This document shows positions 39,093 through 53,600 of a stretch of DNA of 64,000 nt, one piece after another. Every line of letters starts with the position of its first letter. The stretch's first letter is position 1. The stretch spans positions 8,308,001 to 8,372,000 of the forward strand of contig CP075492.1 of assembly GCA_021613535.1 (NCBI GenBank), in the 5' to 3' direction. A program made the translations under genes and the position numbers. The notes under the pieces were generated by a model. The model searched no databases. It saw only the letters and a program-made list of their open reading frames with translations, and had not been told where the DNA came from. This stretch comes from Adineta vaga (Eukaryota; Animalia; Rotifera).

Positions 39093-40508
39093 CTAAATAC
39101 GATACATTGTTTCAATGGAACGTGCAAGATCTAATCGGTTTAGCCTATTCGAAGAGACAACTGAATGGAGTTCGGCAACGGTTGGTGGAGGTGATGTACA
39201 ATTACACCAAGTAGACATAACTCTACCGGCAGGATATTGAAGACTTTGGGATAACCAGTGTTCAATTTCTGATTCGTTGATTCCAGTTAATCGTGCAAAT
39301 TCGACCCATTTCAATGATCGATTCTGCTGTTGATAAGGCATGGAATTTGTACGATAGATTGAACCTATATTTAAATGATGATAGAAAATAATAGAAGATT
39401 AGATGACTGATTAATTTACTCATTTTAGAAAGTGGTTTTGGAATTTGACTGTCTTTACTTAGCTCTTTAATAATTAACATGCGTAAATTAGAATCCATTT
39501 TTTCGATTAATGTTTCACGAGCTAATGGAAGTAGAGTTTTCCCATTCGTTTGATCTTCATCATTGGTATGTGTATCATCGGTAATTATATCAACTTTATC
39601 AGCAAATGAAACACGACGTTTAATTTTATCACATGTACTACTCGTTGGTGGTACGTTCTCGTTCACGTCTACTGAAACAACTGGTTCAGACGTATCGACA
39701 ACATTAGGATCAGTAACTATTTGTGGTGGTTGTTCTAGTTCACTGGGTATCTTTTTCACATGTCGTTCAATAACTAAACAAATTCGATTTCATTTCATTT
39801 ATGAAAAACATTACAACTTACGTGATCGACTACTAGGTGATAGAAATATTCGGCAAGCATCTTCAAGATTTAATCGATGTGCTTGAAGAATATCCGTGGC
39901 ATTTGGGTTTAACTTTTGAAACACGCCCATTTCCAATTGATCAACTAAATAAATGTTGGAAAGATCGATTATATTAAATTCGATTCTTTGGCTTTACCTA
40001 TAGTAGCATACATCATTTGTAGAAATTCAGCATTTTCTTTCCATAGATCACGTTCTCGTGCAACGAATGTTAATCGTTGATCTGATGTAAGAAATTTTCG
40101 AACTAATTGAGGTTCTTCAACTGATAATTGAGTAATTCTATCTTGAATTGGACGTTTTTGTTCATCATCTGTTTCTTGAATAAGATTGAGAAAAGCATTA
40201 CGAAAATAACAGAGTTCATCAACCATAGACAATATTTTATCCAAAGACATATCCGATGGTTGTTGTTTGGATAAATCAATATCATTTAGATAATCTTCAA
40301 TATTGATATTTTCAATAATTCGTGAACAGATCATATTCAATTTCGAACGAATCTGTTCTTGTTCTCGAACTAATGCATTGATTTGTTCTTGTTGTGGATC
40401 GAGAGTTTCTTCATCCGACAAATTTTTTCGTCCTTTTTTCTTCGATGCAGCAGAATCTTTTCTTTTGCCATGAGCTTTTTTTCCAGCTGATAAAGATCGC
40501 ATCGGCAT
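39093..40508 (-). CDS. Coiled-coil protein with C-terminal death domain
   Basis: Basic N-terminus and helical middle. The last exon reads KWVEFARLTGINESEIEHWLSQSLQYPAGRVMSTWCN...PTVAELHSVVSSNRLNRLDLARSIE, a death-fold pattern. Confidence 0.7.
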
Positions 40509-41525
40509 ACTGAGTAAGATCAAATATCGATCTTTTCTTTTCACCTCTATTGTAGTTAACTGTCGAGTAAAAAACAACTCAGATTCATCCGAAACTTTTT
40601 AATTTTATGAAGAACGAGAAGAGAGAGAGAAAAGGTAATAAAAATTTGATTCTATAACTTTATGTCGATGTTTGTGTATATATTTGAACAATGCATGTCT
40701 CTGATTTTAATGAGAAAAAAATGTCGAGAATCGAAGAGAAAAAAGAAATCGAAGAGAAAAATAGTTGATAGATCCTCACAAAAATAGTAATCATTATACA
40801 CTTGTTTTAGTAAACAAAGTATGGATTCATCGATCGGACAATTCAAATGAAAAAGAAATTGTCAATTATTTATACATGAGAAAATTTTTGAAACCGGTGT
40901 CTCAAATGTATTGACGAAAGAAAAGTTGAATAAAACATGATGTAATAGTACACGTACAATTGTCACTTAGAAACTACTGTTATAAACGATTGTAAATCAA
41001 GAGAAACGAGAATTTGTAAGGAGATTATATTGCAACGTCAATTGACTTGACATTATAAAAAAAATTATCTTCGTCAACCACTAAAATAAAATCGACGAAC
41101 TGTATTTGATGTTGTTATTGTCAAATTTTTTGACCATCTGTTTATATTTAAACAAGAAAAGTAGCAATTATGTTCTCCAGTAAATAGAACTTATACGCCA
41201 TCAGATGGTCATAAGAGAGAGAGAGAGAACAAAAAAGTTCAATCCTTATTAATAGTAAGTATAAGAGTTCTTAATTCTTCGTCGTCGTTTCTTATCTAAC
41301 AAATGAAGAAATCTGAACAGATTTGATTTTTCAAATGCAGTTTTAAGTTTACAATAAAATCTTCGCAGTTTCAATTCGAACATAAATGCACGCCATCTAC
41401 GATTAAAAAAACTTTCTTTTTTGCAATGTTTCTCATATTGTTTATTTAATCCGTCGTAGCTGCGGTTGCATGCATCCCCAAATTCTCTCCTTTTTTCTTT
41501 TCTCGATCGAGCTTTATATCTAGAT

Positions 41526-44500
41526 ATGACTTCATTATTGATCGGTGAACAAGAAGAAAGTTTATTCCTTCTTCATGAACAACCACCTACAATTCTTCAA
41601 CAATCCGAAAGTTTAGATGGGATTAAATCGATTCAACATCTACTCTCAGCATCAACGTCATTAACATCAACCACATTACCCAATTTAGCACAGTACTCTC
41701 TCCGTCCCTCGACTTCTTCTCATGAAGTTATTCCACCACCTGTAAGATTTTCTTCAAATCAATCTCGATATTCGAATTCCAATGAAGTTGATTCGTTCGT
41801 TCGACAATTCGAACGACGTTTGGATGAACATCGACATCTTTTACAAAAAGATTATGATCGAAAAATTCAACAAATGATCGAAAGTAAAAACAATGAATTC
41901 GATTCTTTAAAACTTCGTTATGAAAATAAATTACACGAACTCGAAGAATCGAATAGACAATTGGAAATTCAATCGGGTCAAATCGTTGAAGAAAACAAAC
42001 GATTAAAAATCGAATTAGAACATAAAAAACAACAACATAAAATTGAATTAGTAAGAAAACACTTTTGCAAGGAAAACTATTCTTCTTATTTTTTTTCTCT
42101 TCAGACAAGTTTACAACAACATTCAAAAGAATCAGAAACGGATACAGAACGTAAACTTCATGAATTAAAAATTTTTCATGAAACTGAAAAACAAGAAATG
42201 AAACGTTTGCATTCACGAACATATCAAGATCTATTAGACGAAACAAATCAAGTAAAATCCTATCTCAGGTCGATTGAAACGGATCCGTTAGCAGTACATT
42301 TTCGGAATGTAAACTGTTGCTATACGGCTATGTACCGAATCAGAACGGATCGTATTACTGTATCCGCTACTACAGCTAGTATACGTTTCGTTTTGATATC
42401 GTAAATGACCGTATATGGACTGTATCGTTCGACCTGTGATTGAGATCAAACATGTTTTCATCGGATATACTTGTTATTCTTTTAGCGTTTGAAAAAAATG
42501 GAAAATGAATATAAATATCAACAATCAAATAATGAATCAACAATTGAAGAAATGGAAAAACGTATGATTGATTTACGATCGAATATTGAACATTTACAAC
42601 AACTTAAACAAAAACTTGATGATGAAAAAATTCAATTGATCAAAACGAATGAAAAACTACAATTACAAGTATGATTAAAATTTAATCTCATCATGCTTTG
42701 AAAGAATAACAAAACGTTGTAATTAACGTTACGTTTTATTTGATCAGAAACCATACAAGTAATGATTTGTAACGAACGATTAATTCTAGTCAAATCACAC
42801 GTGTTTATACCTCGATCGATCATGAAAGTGTCATACTTTGTATTATGATGTGTGCCATCTTTGAATGGATCAAAATGAATCAATAACTGAAAACATAAGG
42901 AGTCTGCTGTTGAATTCTCTGATAAAAGATAACCTTTGTTTGACTTTGAGATATACTCTTCAAACTTCTCATAAAAACCTTTCAGTTAATTAAGTACAAA
43001 TCCGAGTTCAGTTCGTAACATTTTCTTCCCGACGGGCGCATTACTTCTCACACAATAGCGTTGAATGTCTTGTTCAAGGTTTTCTTCGTGATTATATAAA
43101 CATTTCAAATTGTTCTTAAGGTTCAAGATTTAACAAATAAACAACGTTATCTTGATCGTGACCATGCAGATAAAAGTCAACGTTATGAAAATGAATTAAA
43201 ATCGGTTCGTACTCGTTGTCAATCAAGTATTGATTTATTAGAAAAAGAAAATGATATGATAAAAACGAAGTCCTCAAAAACAATCGATGAATTAGAAAAG
43301 AAATTGCTAACTATAACGGAAAAATTTCATGAATTAGAAATCATTTTTGAGAAAAAAACTTTCGAACAACAAGAAACTTTTCATAAAAATTTCAAACAAT
43401 GTGAACATGAATATGAAAAGAAAATTCAACTCATAAATGAAGAACATCGTGAACAATTAGAAAAAGAATTACAACGACAAAAAAATCAAATGCAAATCAA
43501 TTTAGAAAATCAGGTAAATTTCATTCGGTGAAAAATTCGGGTTTTATTTTCGACTTCGAATTGTTTAGATGCAAGAAATGAATGATCAAGCACGAGAAAA
43601 TGAACAACAATTAATCGAAAAAATCAAAATGGAATATGAACAGTTACTACAACAGTTTGTTTTTCGTACCTCACAAAGGAAAACGATGATTGAATTCTAT
43701 TTTAGAAATGAAGCCTTGCTACGAACTAATTTTAATAAAGAACTTGAAGAAACAAAACGTCGATATGAACAAACGATTGGAAAAAAAGATGAAAAAATGA
43801 AAACTGATTTACAAGATATGAGTAAATTATCGGGAGAAGTCAAAGTTAAATATGAAAATGAAAAACAAAAGGTTTGTATAGATACAAAATGACTTGCAAA
43901 ACGTCAATATGTCCTTAAAAATATATTCTAGCTAAGCCCCAGGTCACGACTCATGCTAATCATGAGTACTATTTTTAATGAGCTGTCAAAGAGTCATTAT
44001 TCAGAAACGAGATTCTTTATATTAATAGAAACCAACGTGTTAGATCTTTTTTTTTCTTGTATATAGATTATCAATGAATATGATGAATTCATTCGTAAAC
44101 TTGAAAAACAGTTTTCTCAAAGAGCTGATGAATATGAAAACCGTATTGAATCCTTGATATCAACTACGAATAAACAACTGAAATCTATTGAAGGTTTGTC
44201 TCATCACAAATTTCTTATTTGCACCTGTCAGAATTCCATCTAGATGAATTTGAAGTTCGAAATGATAAACAAGAATCAATGATAAATGAACAACAAAAAC
44301 TTATTGCAAAACTTGAAGATGAAAAAATTCATTCGAAAATCTTACATGAGAAACAAACGAAAATCTTCAATGAACAGCATCTACGCGAAAAAAATGAAAT
44401 GAAGTCAGTAAGTATTCTATTACACCTTTCTGAATCATCGTTATCTATGATTAACTCGTAAAAGTAAACTAAAGATCGTATCTTGTCCTTGACGATGATC

Positions 44501-44956
44501 TACAAGAAAAAATACTTTATCTATTTTCAACCTCAATGATGTCATATTGTCCTGCTTTTCTTTCCATAGGAAATTCGATGTTAGAAAACAAAACCAAGAA
44601 CTTAGTCCAACTGTCTTGATTTGAAAAAAAAATTCTTTATTTCATTTTAGCAATCAGAATTATATATGAAAAAATTCGAGAAAAATTTCAATCTTTTAAA
44701 ATTAAAAAATGATCAATTAGAACGTAAAATAACTCATTTAAATGAACAACATAAACATGAATTACTTGAATCTCGTTTATCTCATGAAAATAAAATCAAA
44801 GATCTTCTTTCACATGATGTTCGACTCGATTTAGAAAATACAATCTATTCATTAAAACAACAAGTCATTTATTTACAACAACGTATTTCTTTTCTTCAAA
44901 AAGAACTTCAACAGTATATTCAACAATACGGTCATCGACCATCTTCCCATTCATAG
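41526..44956 (+). CDS. CEP112: Centrosomal coiled-coil protein, CEP112-like
   Basis: Long E/K/Q coiled-coil over many exons. The C-terminus KDLLSHDVRLDLENTIYSLKQQVIYLQQRISFLQKELQQY resembles the CEP112 C-terminus as I recall it. Start codon uncertain. Confidence 0.7.
42263..42439. mobile_element. MITE-like non-autonomous element in a CEP112-like intron
   Basis: Imperfect terminal inverted repeats tctcaggtcgattgaaacggatcc ... ggactgtatcgttcgacctgtga. The interior is GC-richer than host introns and the intron is longer than the typical 50-60 bp. Confidence 0.6.
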
Positions 44957-45547
44957 GGAAGAAATAAGAAATAAATTTACGAGTTCCTTTTATGTGATAT
45001 AATAATCTCAGGTTTGCACTCTCTTTTTTTTGTCATTCTTTCGTTGTGTGCTTTCAAATAAAAACAGCTTGTTATAGAGATCGTACATGTACAATCTTTT
45101 CTTTTCTTTGAAGTTTTACATATACATTCGTGTGTTTTCTATTTTCATTTGACCAGTTGAAATAAAGATCGTGCGTAACCACACACATATACATAAACAT
45201 CTTCTTGTTTTATTTCTCTCTCTCTCTCTTCTCTTGCAGTCTAATACAACTTGTTTCGTTTCCTTTGTATTAGTTTCTATGGTGTTCTACTTTCTACTTA
45301 TTTTTGATGGCGTACATGAGAACAGCCTTTTTCTTTTCTTTCTTTCTTTCTTTCTTTCTTTCTTTCCTTTCCGTCTTCTTTTCATATCGACAAATGTGTG
45401 TACGAGAACACCTACATTTTCTTTCTATTTATGATGCGTGTAGAATGACGACAGCAGTTTTTGTCATATAAAGAAAAAAAAGAAAAACTGATGTTATACG
45501 ATTTAGTCTTGATAAAAATAATTCTTCTTTTCTAGATTGTTTCATCA

Positions 45548-46633
45548 ATGGAAGTTTTCGAAGCAATCTATCGAAATCCGATCGTACAAGAATATTTGAA
45601 TCCGAAACAATTTCAAATAACATCATGGGTACGTGATCCAGTTGGTATTTATCATCCATTGGTTTTTGATTTCGAAAAAAAATTCTTCGATAAAACATAT
45701 GCTCGTCATATTTATGAATGGATGAATAAATGGTGGTGGTTGAGTATTGTTTACTCGATTATCTATGTGGGATTAATTTATTATGGTCGATCATTAATGG
45801 AAAAACGTGAACCATATCAAATACGTGGTGCATTGATTCTTTGGAATGTGTCCTTGGCTTTATTTAGTATTTTTGGAATGATACGTTGTGTACCAGAAAT
45901 GATCTTTGCTTTAGATAAAAGAGGATTACAATATACTATTTGTGACAATTCTAATATTTATGGTGTAACTGGATTTTGGTAAGAAAAAGAAAGTCTGTCT
46001 CCTCATCTATTATAATTGAGTTTGCATTAGGATCACAATATTTTGTATTTCAAAAGTTCCAGAACTTATTGATACATTATTTATTGTACTTCGAAAACAA
46101 AAACTAATCTTTCTCCATTGGTTTCATCATGCTACTGTTTTGATCTATGCTTGGTATAGGTAAGATTTTCCTATAAATATTCTTTTCTCTTGATATAACA
46201 TCATCTTTTCAATAGTTATCATGATTGGACAGCAAGTGGACGTTGGTTTGTTTTTATGAATTACAGTGTTCATGGTAAATCTTGAAAGAAATACTGATTT
46301 GATTTCTTTAAATAACTATTCTTTATTTTAGCATTAATGTATACATATTATGCATTTCGTGCAATGAAATTTCACATTCCAAAATGGATCTCAGTAACAG
46401 TAACAATGTTTCAATTATCCCAGATGGTTGTCGGATGTTTTGTTAACTATAAAGCCTATGTTTACAAACAAAATGGTGCCTCATGTACGGTAGCTTATTC
46501 GAATATATTCTGGTCATTCGTTATGTATGCTGTTTATTTCGGTTTATTTCTACATTTCTTTTTCGTATCATATTTATGGAAAAAACCCACTCCAAAATTA
46601 AACATTGAAAATGAACGCAAAAAGAACAAATAA
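45548..46633 (+). CDS. ELOVL6: Very-long-chain fatty acid elongase, ELOVL6-like
   Basis: [42 protein letters not shown] (HxxHH), [31 protein letters not shown] and a Lys-rich C-terminal tail. Confidence 0.9.
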
Positions 46634-46884
46634 AATTTCGGAACACTGGAGATTTAGCTTAATTTCATTTTTATGTCTTTATTGTTGTTCATGTTCTTGT
46701 TGTTGCTCTCTTGGTGTTCAACAAATAAAAGCAAAAGAAAGATCAGGTAGTTTATCAGATGAAAATAAACATTATACTTTTATATGAAAGTAAAAACAAC
46801 AAAAAAATCAGAAGCAAAATAAAGGTCGATATGTTGTTATCTATTTCATCATTTTTATTTTACCTGAGGAAGAAAAAAAGGATT

Positions 46885-46958
46885 TGGTCCCTATGAGGAT
46901 CGAACTCATGACCTCCGCGTTATTAGCACGGCGCTCTAACCAGCTGAGCTAAGGGACC
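46885..46958 (-). tRNA. tRNA-Ile (anticodon AAT)
   Basis: Reverse complement GGTCCCTTAGCTCAGCTGGTTAGAGCGCCGTGCT-AAT-AACGCGGAGGTCATGAGTTCGATCCTCATAGGGACCA folds as a cloverleaf with A and B boxes and is followed by a T-run terminator. Confidence 0.96.
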
Positions 46959-47604
46959 GATGTCATTGAATTAGAAAATTAATAAATATATATTATTAAT
47001 CCCTTTTTATTACGAGTTATAACTCTGATCTACGTTTAATACGAAATTACAAAAGTCACGTATAACATTAAAATAATATGAAAGATACGTGTTGATATAT
47101 AAAAGATGTCAGTCCCTCCTTACTCCATCGTATACTATAACATTTCTCATGAGAAGCATTTACTTGACAATGGATTATCATGATAGTAGAAATCTATTCA
47201 TAAGATTATGAGAATTCAATCGATCATTTGTTATTCCTGGTGACATTGATATTTATTCAATTCATTAATAAACAATAATATGATACACATTGAATCATTT
47301 AAAAAAGAAAAGAAGCGCGCCGAACTGTTGGATTTCAATGGACGGATAAGACATTGAAACAAAAAACCGGCAATGAATACAAAAAGAAAACAAATCAGAG
47401 TTACACCTGAGACAGAAAAATCACACAAACAAACAAACAAACAGACAAAGATCTACTAAACTATCAAGAAGAAGAAGAAGAAGAAGAAGAGGCAATTCAA
47501 TGAATAAGAATCTATCAAAAGAGAAAAATATATAATTGTGTATTCACATGAAAACATAAATTCATCTTGATCAGAAATCAAAGAAAAACGACATAATCGA
47601 TGAT

Positions 47605-50600
47605 TTATTTGTTTGATTTTTTATTCTGTTGTTGAGATTGTGGTTGCATAGAAAATAATTTTAATCCATTTCGAACAAATTTCTTAATTCCAGTACTTTG
47701 CGTTGGAGTTTGTTGAGGATGTTGAGGCCATGTCAAGTCTTCCTCAGAATTTTCTTCCTGTTGTTCATTGATAACTGTTCGTGTTGTTGCATAATGTGTT
47801 GTTAATGAATGATCAAGATTTCGAGTTTTTGGACGATTATGACCTGGTAAAGAATTTGTTTTCTGTTCAAATTGTCTTGCTAAAGCTCGAACATTGGGTT
47901 GTTGTTGTTGTGGTTGTTCGTCATTCTCACATAGTGTAATGGTGTCTGCATCATCATCATCATCATTCCCATCAGTTTTATGTTGTTGTTGATGATGTTG
48001 TTCTTCTTCTTCTTGTTGTCGTTGAACAGCAGCCATAATATCATCTTCACTTCGATAAAGTTTCATTTTGGAATTTTTATTGGCTGTATAGTGAGATTTA
48101 TGCATGCGTGTTAAAAGAACTGTTGGTGTCGAAGAATGTTGGCTAGCTAATGCCATAGTTGATGCAGATTTTGGACGACGATCATCATCAAGTGATGATT
48201 GACAATGTGGAGCTAGTGGTGCAGTTTGTTTTGGTGTTGTTGGAGTAACATAAAGACATTCGATCGATTTTCTTAATGGTGTATGATGATTTTCCGATAG
48301 TTTTGATTTTGATAGAGATGAAGATGAATTTGAATCGTAGACAATCGAACGAGGTAATTGACGTTGCGAAGATGATAAGGATGTAGTAGATGATGAAATA
48401 GAATACAGTGATGATGATGTTGATGAAGGTGAAGTTAAAGAATTTAAACAATCTTGAGCCATTTGTGATAGAAGACGATCAAGTTCGAATACATGCATAT
48501 CGATAGTTGTATCTGGTCTAAAATTGAGGAAAAACAAACAAACAACCAGAAATGGAAAAAAACATGCATCAACTTACACTCCTTGACTTCTCATAGCAAA
48601 TGTCATTTTTTCAAAAAGTTCACGACGGATTTCTTTAATCATTGAATTACGACTTCGAACTAGTTCATTTTGAATTTGTTTTTTTACAGATATTTCTAGA
48701 CTGTCCATGTAATGAGCTATTCCCACTTGAACAGAAAAACAAATTAAATAAATGATGTGTAAAAGAAAAAAAAGAACGAGAGTTTATACAAGCTGATACA
48801 ACATGCGTTAGAAATGTACGTAAGAGAAAGAGAAAAAACATCTTCTTCCGTACATTTCTATGTATTTTGAAAACTATACCTCGATGATGAACATCAAAAA
48901 TCATTCGGCATGTTAATCGTAATAGCGCGAGCATTTCATTTGTGAATAATTCTAGAATGGATGCAGCAAAAACAAATATTTAAACATACATACAACAGAG
49001 ATAATCTAGAAAATGTTAATCTCATGCAGCAAAACATTCAAACAAACTTTGCTTTCGTCAGGCAAAATAGCATCGAGCATTCACGAGCATAAACATGCAT
49101 TTTGGGTTGCTTTTAAGCCTGTCTACCTCTCTCTTACTTGAACAATCGCTGCATTCTTTTTCAGTATCGGATTGTTACCTCGAAGTTTTTCAACGGTAGC
49201 CATATAATCTGTTTTAATATCATTAAAAGAAAGATCAGTCTAAAAAGAGAAGGAACGAATTACGTTTTTGTAAATGAATGGATTGATTGATTTCATACTT
49301 GAACGTATTCGGGAACAGAGATTGGTCGTGTAGTTAGACGTTCTTGAGCAGAAACACGTTCTTGATGAAGTTCACGTTTTATTTCATCTGTAGCTTTAGT
49401 ATGTTGTTTGATCATATCGGCAATTTTCTTCTGTAAAGAAGAGATCGTTTCTTGATATTCATTTTCTTGTTTTGTATGTAATGCTCGTTCTTGAGTTAAT
49501 CTTTAAAAGAAGAAAGACATCAAGTCAATTGATCTTCTCGAAGAAATATGACTTACGTCTCATTTGATTGTTCGACTAATTTTACAAGATGATCAAGACG
49601 ATTTTGTAAATTCTCTTGTCTATTTCGATGATCTTGTTCAACAGTAAATTTTTCTTTCATTTTTGTAACATCATCCAAATGATTTTTCTTCAATTGTTCA
49701 TTTGTTTGTTCAGTACCATTTAATTGTTGTTTTAATTGTTCACAACGTGTTTGTAAACGTGTTTGTTCAAGTTGAAATTCATTGATAACATTATTATAAC
49801 CATCATCTAGATCTTTCTTCATAATTTGCATTTGTTTTTGATGTGTATCAATAAGTTTTGCTTGATTTTGATTCAATTCAATATTTTCACGATATAAACG
49901 ATCAATTTCTGTTCGATACATCTTCTTCACCTCTTCAATATCTTGAGCAGATGTATTCGATTGCATAACTGCTACAATTGGTTTTTGTTGTTGTTCAAAT
50001 TCATTTGTTAATTGTTGTCGTAATTGATTTAATTCTTGTTGATGTTGTTTTTGATCACGTTCATAACGACGATTGTATTCTTGTTCAAGACTGATTTTGA
50101 TTTTTTCAATTTCTTGTTTTAAATGATTATCAGCAAGATTAAGTGCACGATTTGCTTCTTGTAAACGTTGTTCGAATTGATTCTTTTCTGTTTGAATCGA
50201 TAAGAGTTTTTCACGATATTCAATTTCTTTGTCCTGAAAAATAAACATAGATTATAAAAGAATTCTATTTCGATCTCATATGAATTATACATACTTTCAG
50301 ATCTTTTAATTTAACTTGATTGATTTCTATGATTTGTTGCTCATACTGTTCGATTTGTTTCTTTACTTGTGCATCATTCTGTCCTAAACATTCTTTATAA
50401 CTTTGTAAATTCTTTTCAGTTTCATCGAGATGTATTTTCAACTGATTCAATTCATTTTCTTTGCTTGTTAACATTTCTTTTGCTAAGCGTAGATCCATCT
50501 TATTTGTATCACGTTGTAGTGTAATTTTTTGTAAATTGGTTTCTAATTTCAATCGATATTCTTCATATTGACTAACGGCATTTTCATAATTTCTTATACG

Positions 50601-53600
50601 AGTTCGTAGATCTTCGAGATTCTGTTGAAGTTCATTTTGATTTTGATCTGTTTGTTTCAATGAATGATTCAATTCTTTCAAATCACGTATTTCATTGGAA
50701 CACTTTTCTTTCATCTTCTCATAATTTTCTTTCAATTGAACTTTCTCTTGATCAAGTTGTTCAATTGTTTGTATTAAATTTTGATTTTCATCTTCAAGAC
50801 CTTTACAAGTATTTAATAATTCTTTTTGTTTAGAATGTAAATCTGAATAATCATGTTTTAATTGTTCAAATTCTTTTTCTACATATGTTAAACGATTCTT
50901 TGCATCATCTAAATCAAATATATTTACAATAATACGATTTGCAAAGAAGATTAATTCATGAGATTCTATAAGTTTCATATATGAATTATTTACATACCAT
51001 TTGTTCGTAATCGATCAAGTTCAATATTTAATTCATTGATCATTTTCTCATGATGAATTTTCATTCGTTCATTCTCTTGTTTCAGATCTTTACTTTGCTC
51101 TTCTAAATTTTGATAATATTCTCCTTTGATAACTTGTTGATCTTGTTCAAAATTGTTTTGATGATGAGATAATTTTTCATTATAATCTCGTTCTAATGTT
51201 CGACGTAAATCATCTATTTTGAGTTTTATTTCATATTCGAATTTAGCACGAAGATTATCTTCAATAGAATTTTTCTCTTGACAAACATCTAGTTAGATAA
51301 AAAAAACAAAAATATCGTACAATGAATCGATATCTTTTTCTTCTCTTACCGATATAAAGTTGTTTAGTTTTATCTAAATCAACAATATCTTCACGTAATT
51401 GTTCGATAATCGTTTGTAACTCTTGCTTTTCATATTCATATTTCTCTTGTAAACTTTCATATTCATTTTTAAGTTTTTCAATCTCTTTTGTAAGACTATG
51501 AATTTGTTCCATATGAACACTTGTTGAAATAACCATATCATCTGAACTAGTACTATCTTGACGTGTTAATTCTTGAATTTGACGTTGTAAATCTTCATTA
51601 ATCTCGATTAAATTCTTTTCATTCGATGCAAATTCATCGATACGTTCTTTTAAATGATGATTTTCATTCATTAATGATTCATTTGGATTATCGAGACTAG
51701 TGGAATTATGAGGAACAACTTGTCGATTATGACTAAACAAAAACAAATAATTCGTTTTTCTTTTTTGTCATTGTTTATCAAACCTGGATAATTCATTCAC
51801 AGTAATATTTGATATACCAAATAGATCATTATTTAATTCATGCTCTGTCACACCAAGACGATCACGTAATGTTCGAATTTCCGACTAGAAATAGAATAAG
51901 AATTGAAAGAACTAATGAATACAAACGAATATTACCTACCCATGTAGTTAGCATTATATCAGACTAATATAAGTGTCTTTTTTTCTCTCTATCGTGTCAA
52001 CCTTGAGATACTAGATTATTTGTCGTATTTTAGACGAATAACGAAGAAAACAAATCGTTGGATATTTGTCGATTTTGATTTTAAAATACACTACAAATCA
52101 GTAGTAATAGTACTTCAAAAAAATATATAAAAGGACAACTTATTTGGTTTCAAACGATCTCTATGGAATGTTATCTTATCTAACGTTGTGATGGCGCAAC
52201 TTCACTCTATCTCTGAAAAAAAATGCGTTTCGTTTTACTCTTTTGTATGAAGTGAAGATTTTTATGTTATACATTCATCAACTCATGTAAACGAAACATT
52301 GTCAACAGTACTAAATTTCTTTTCGAACAAATGAATTTTACTAAGTAAGTGTGTATATATAACTTATAATTTTGAACACGCAATGTTCGTTTTATTGTTT
52401 AAACTGTGAAATTTATCATTATCAAAGTATTGTTTTGCTCGTCATCGACATACCTGTAATTCTTGGCACGTATATTCCAGTTTTTCTTTTTCGTCGTTTA
52501 AACGAGTAAATTGTCGTTTGGTTTCAGTTTGATTAAAGCTATCCATTGATTTACTCGTTAATAATTCAGTATATTGTCGTTGACAATCATGTAATTGTTG
52601 ATTTAAATGACTAATTGATTCCATACGTTCGAAAATAGCCTAAAAGATATTGATTTCAAAGTAACTTTCCAATCTTAATTATAAATCATACTTTTTCATT
52701 GTTTTTGCATGCAGTTTCTAATTGAATACGAAGTTCATCCACTTCAGTAGTCTATAAATATTGTTGTAGAAAGAGATGAAATTCTTTTTTTTTCTTTGAA
52801 AAATTTCTAGCAAACCTTTTCTTGTAAGTTCATTTGTGTAATTTGTAGTTTTTCATTGAGATTCAACATTTCTTGTTCATGTTTTTCACGTGTACTGGCA
52901 AGAAGATGTTCACAATCTTGTTGTGTACGTGCAATTGTATCAAATCTTTGTAATTCATTTACTTTTCGATGAAGTGAATCAATTAATGATTCGGCATCAT
53001 CCAATTTCTTTTCTAACTAGAAAAGAAAAACAACGAAAATCATTAGAATCGTAAATGAAAATCGTTTTCTCTATCTTACTTGAGTTTTATTTCCTTCCAA
53101 TTGTTGAATACGTAATTCAGCATCGTTAACTGTACGTTGTAATTGATTATTTGTTTCAATTAATTCTTCACATTGTCGCGTTATCGATTGATAACGTTGT
53201 TCACAATCATATTTAGCACCTGTAAATTAACGAAAATTTTCAGTTCGAAAGAAAAAAGAATACTTGTTTCTTATTTGCTTACGATCACTTAATTCAATTT
53301 TATGTTTAAGAGCACGTAATTCACTATTATATTTTTCATGATATTGAGCACAACGATTTTCTAATTCGGTTATTTTTCGATCTTTGGCATTGCATAAAAT
53401 GCGAAATTTTTGAATTTGATTTTGTGCATCGGATGCATTGAATGCTGATGTTTGATACATATATTGAGCTTGCATTGGATCGATCATATCTATTGTTGGT
53501 AAGGCATCAAAATATTGAACAGCAGCGGCAGCAGCTGCAGCATGATTCATTTGTCGATTTGGATTCTGATAATGAACTAGAGCTGAACTTTTCGACGATG

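Noticed and set aside
41728-42246. 172-aa hydrophobic antisense ORF
   Set aside because: Shadow of the E/K/Q-rich coiled-coil exon on the opposite strand.
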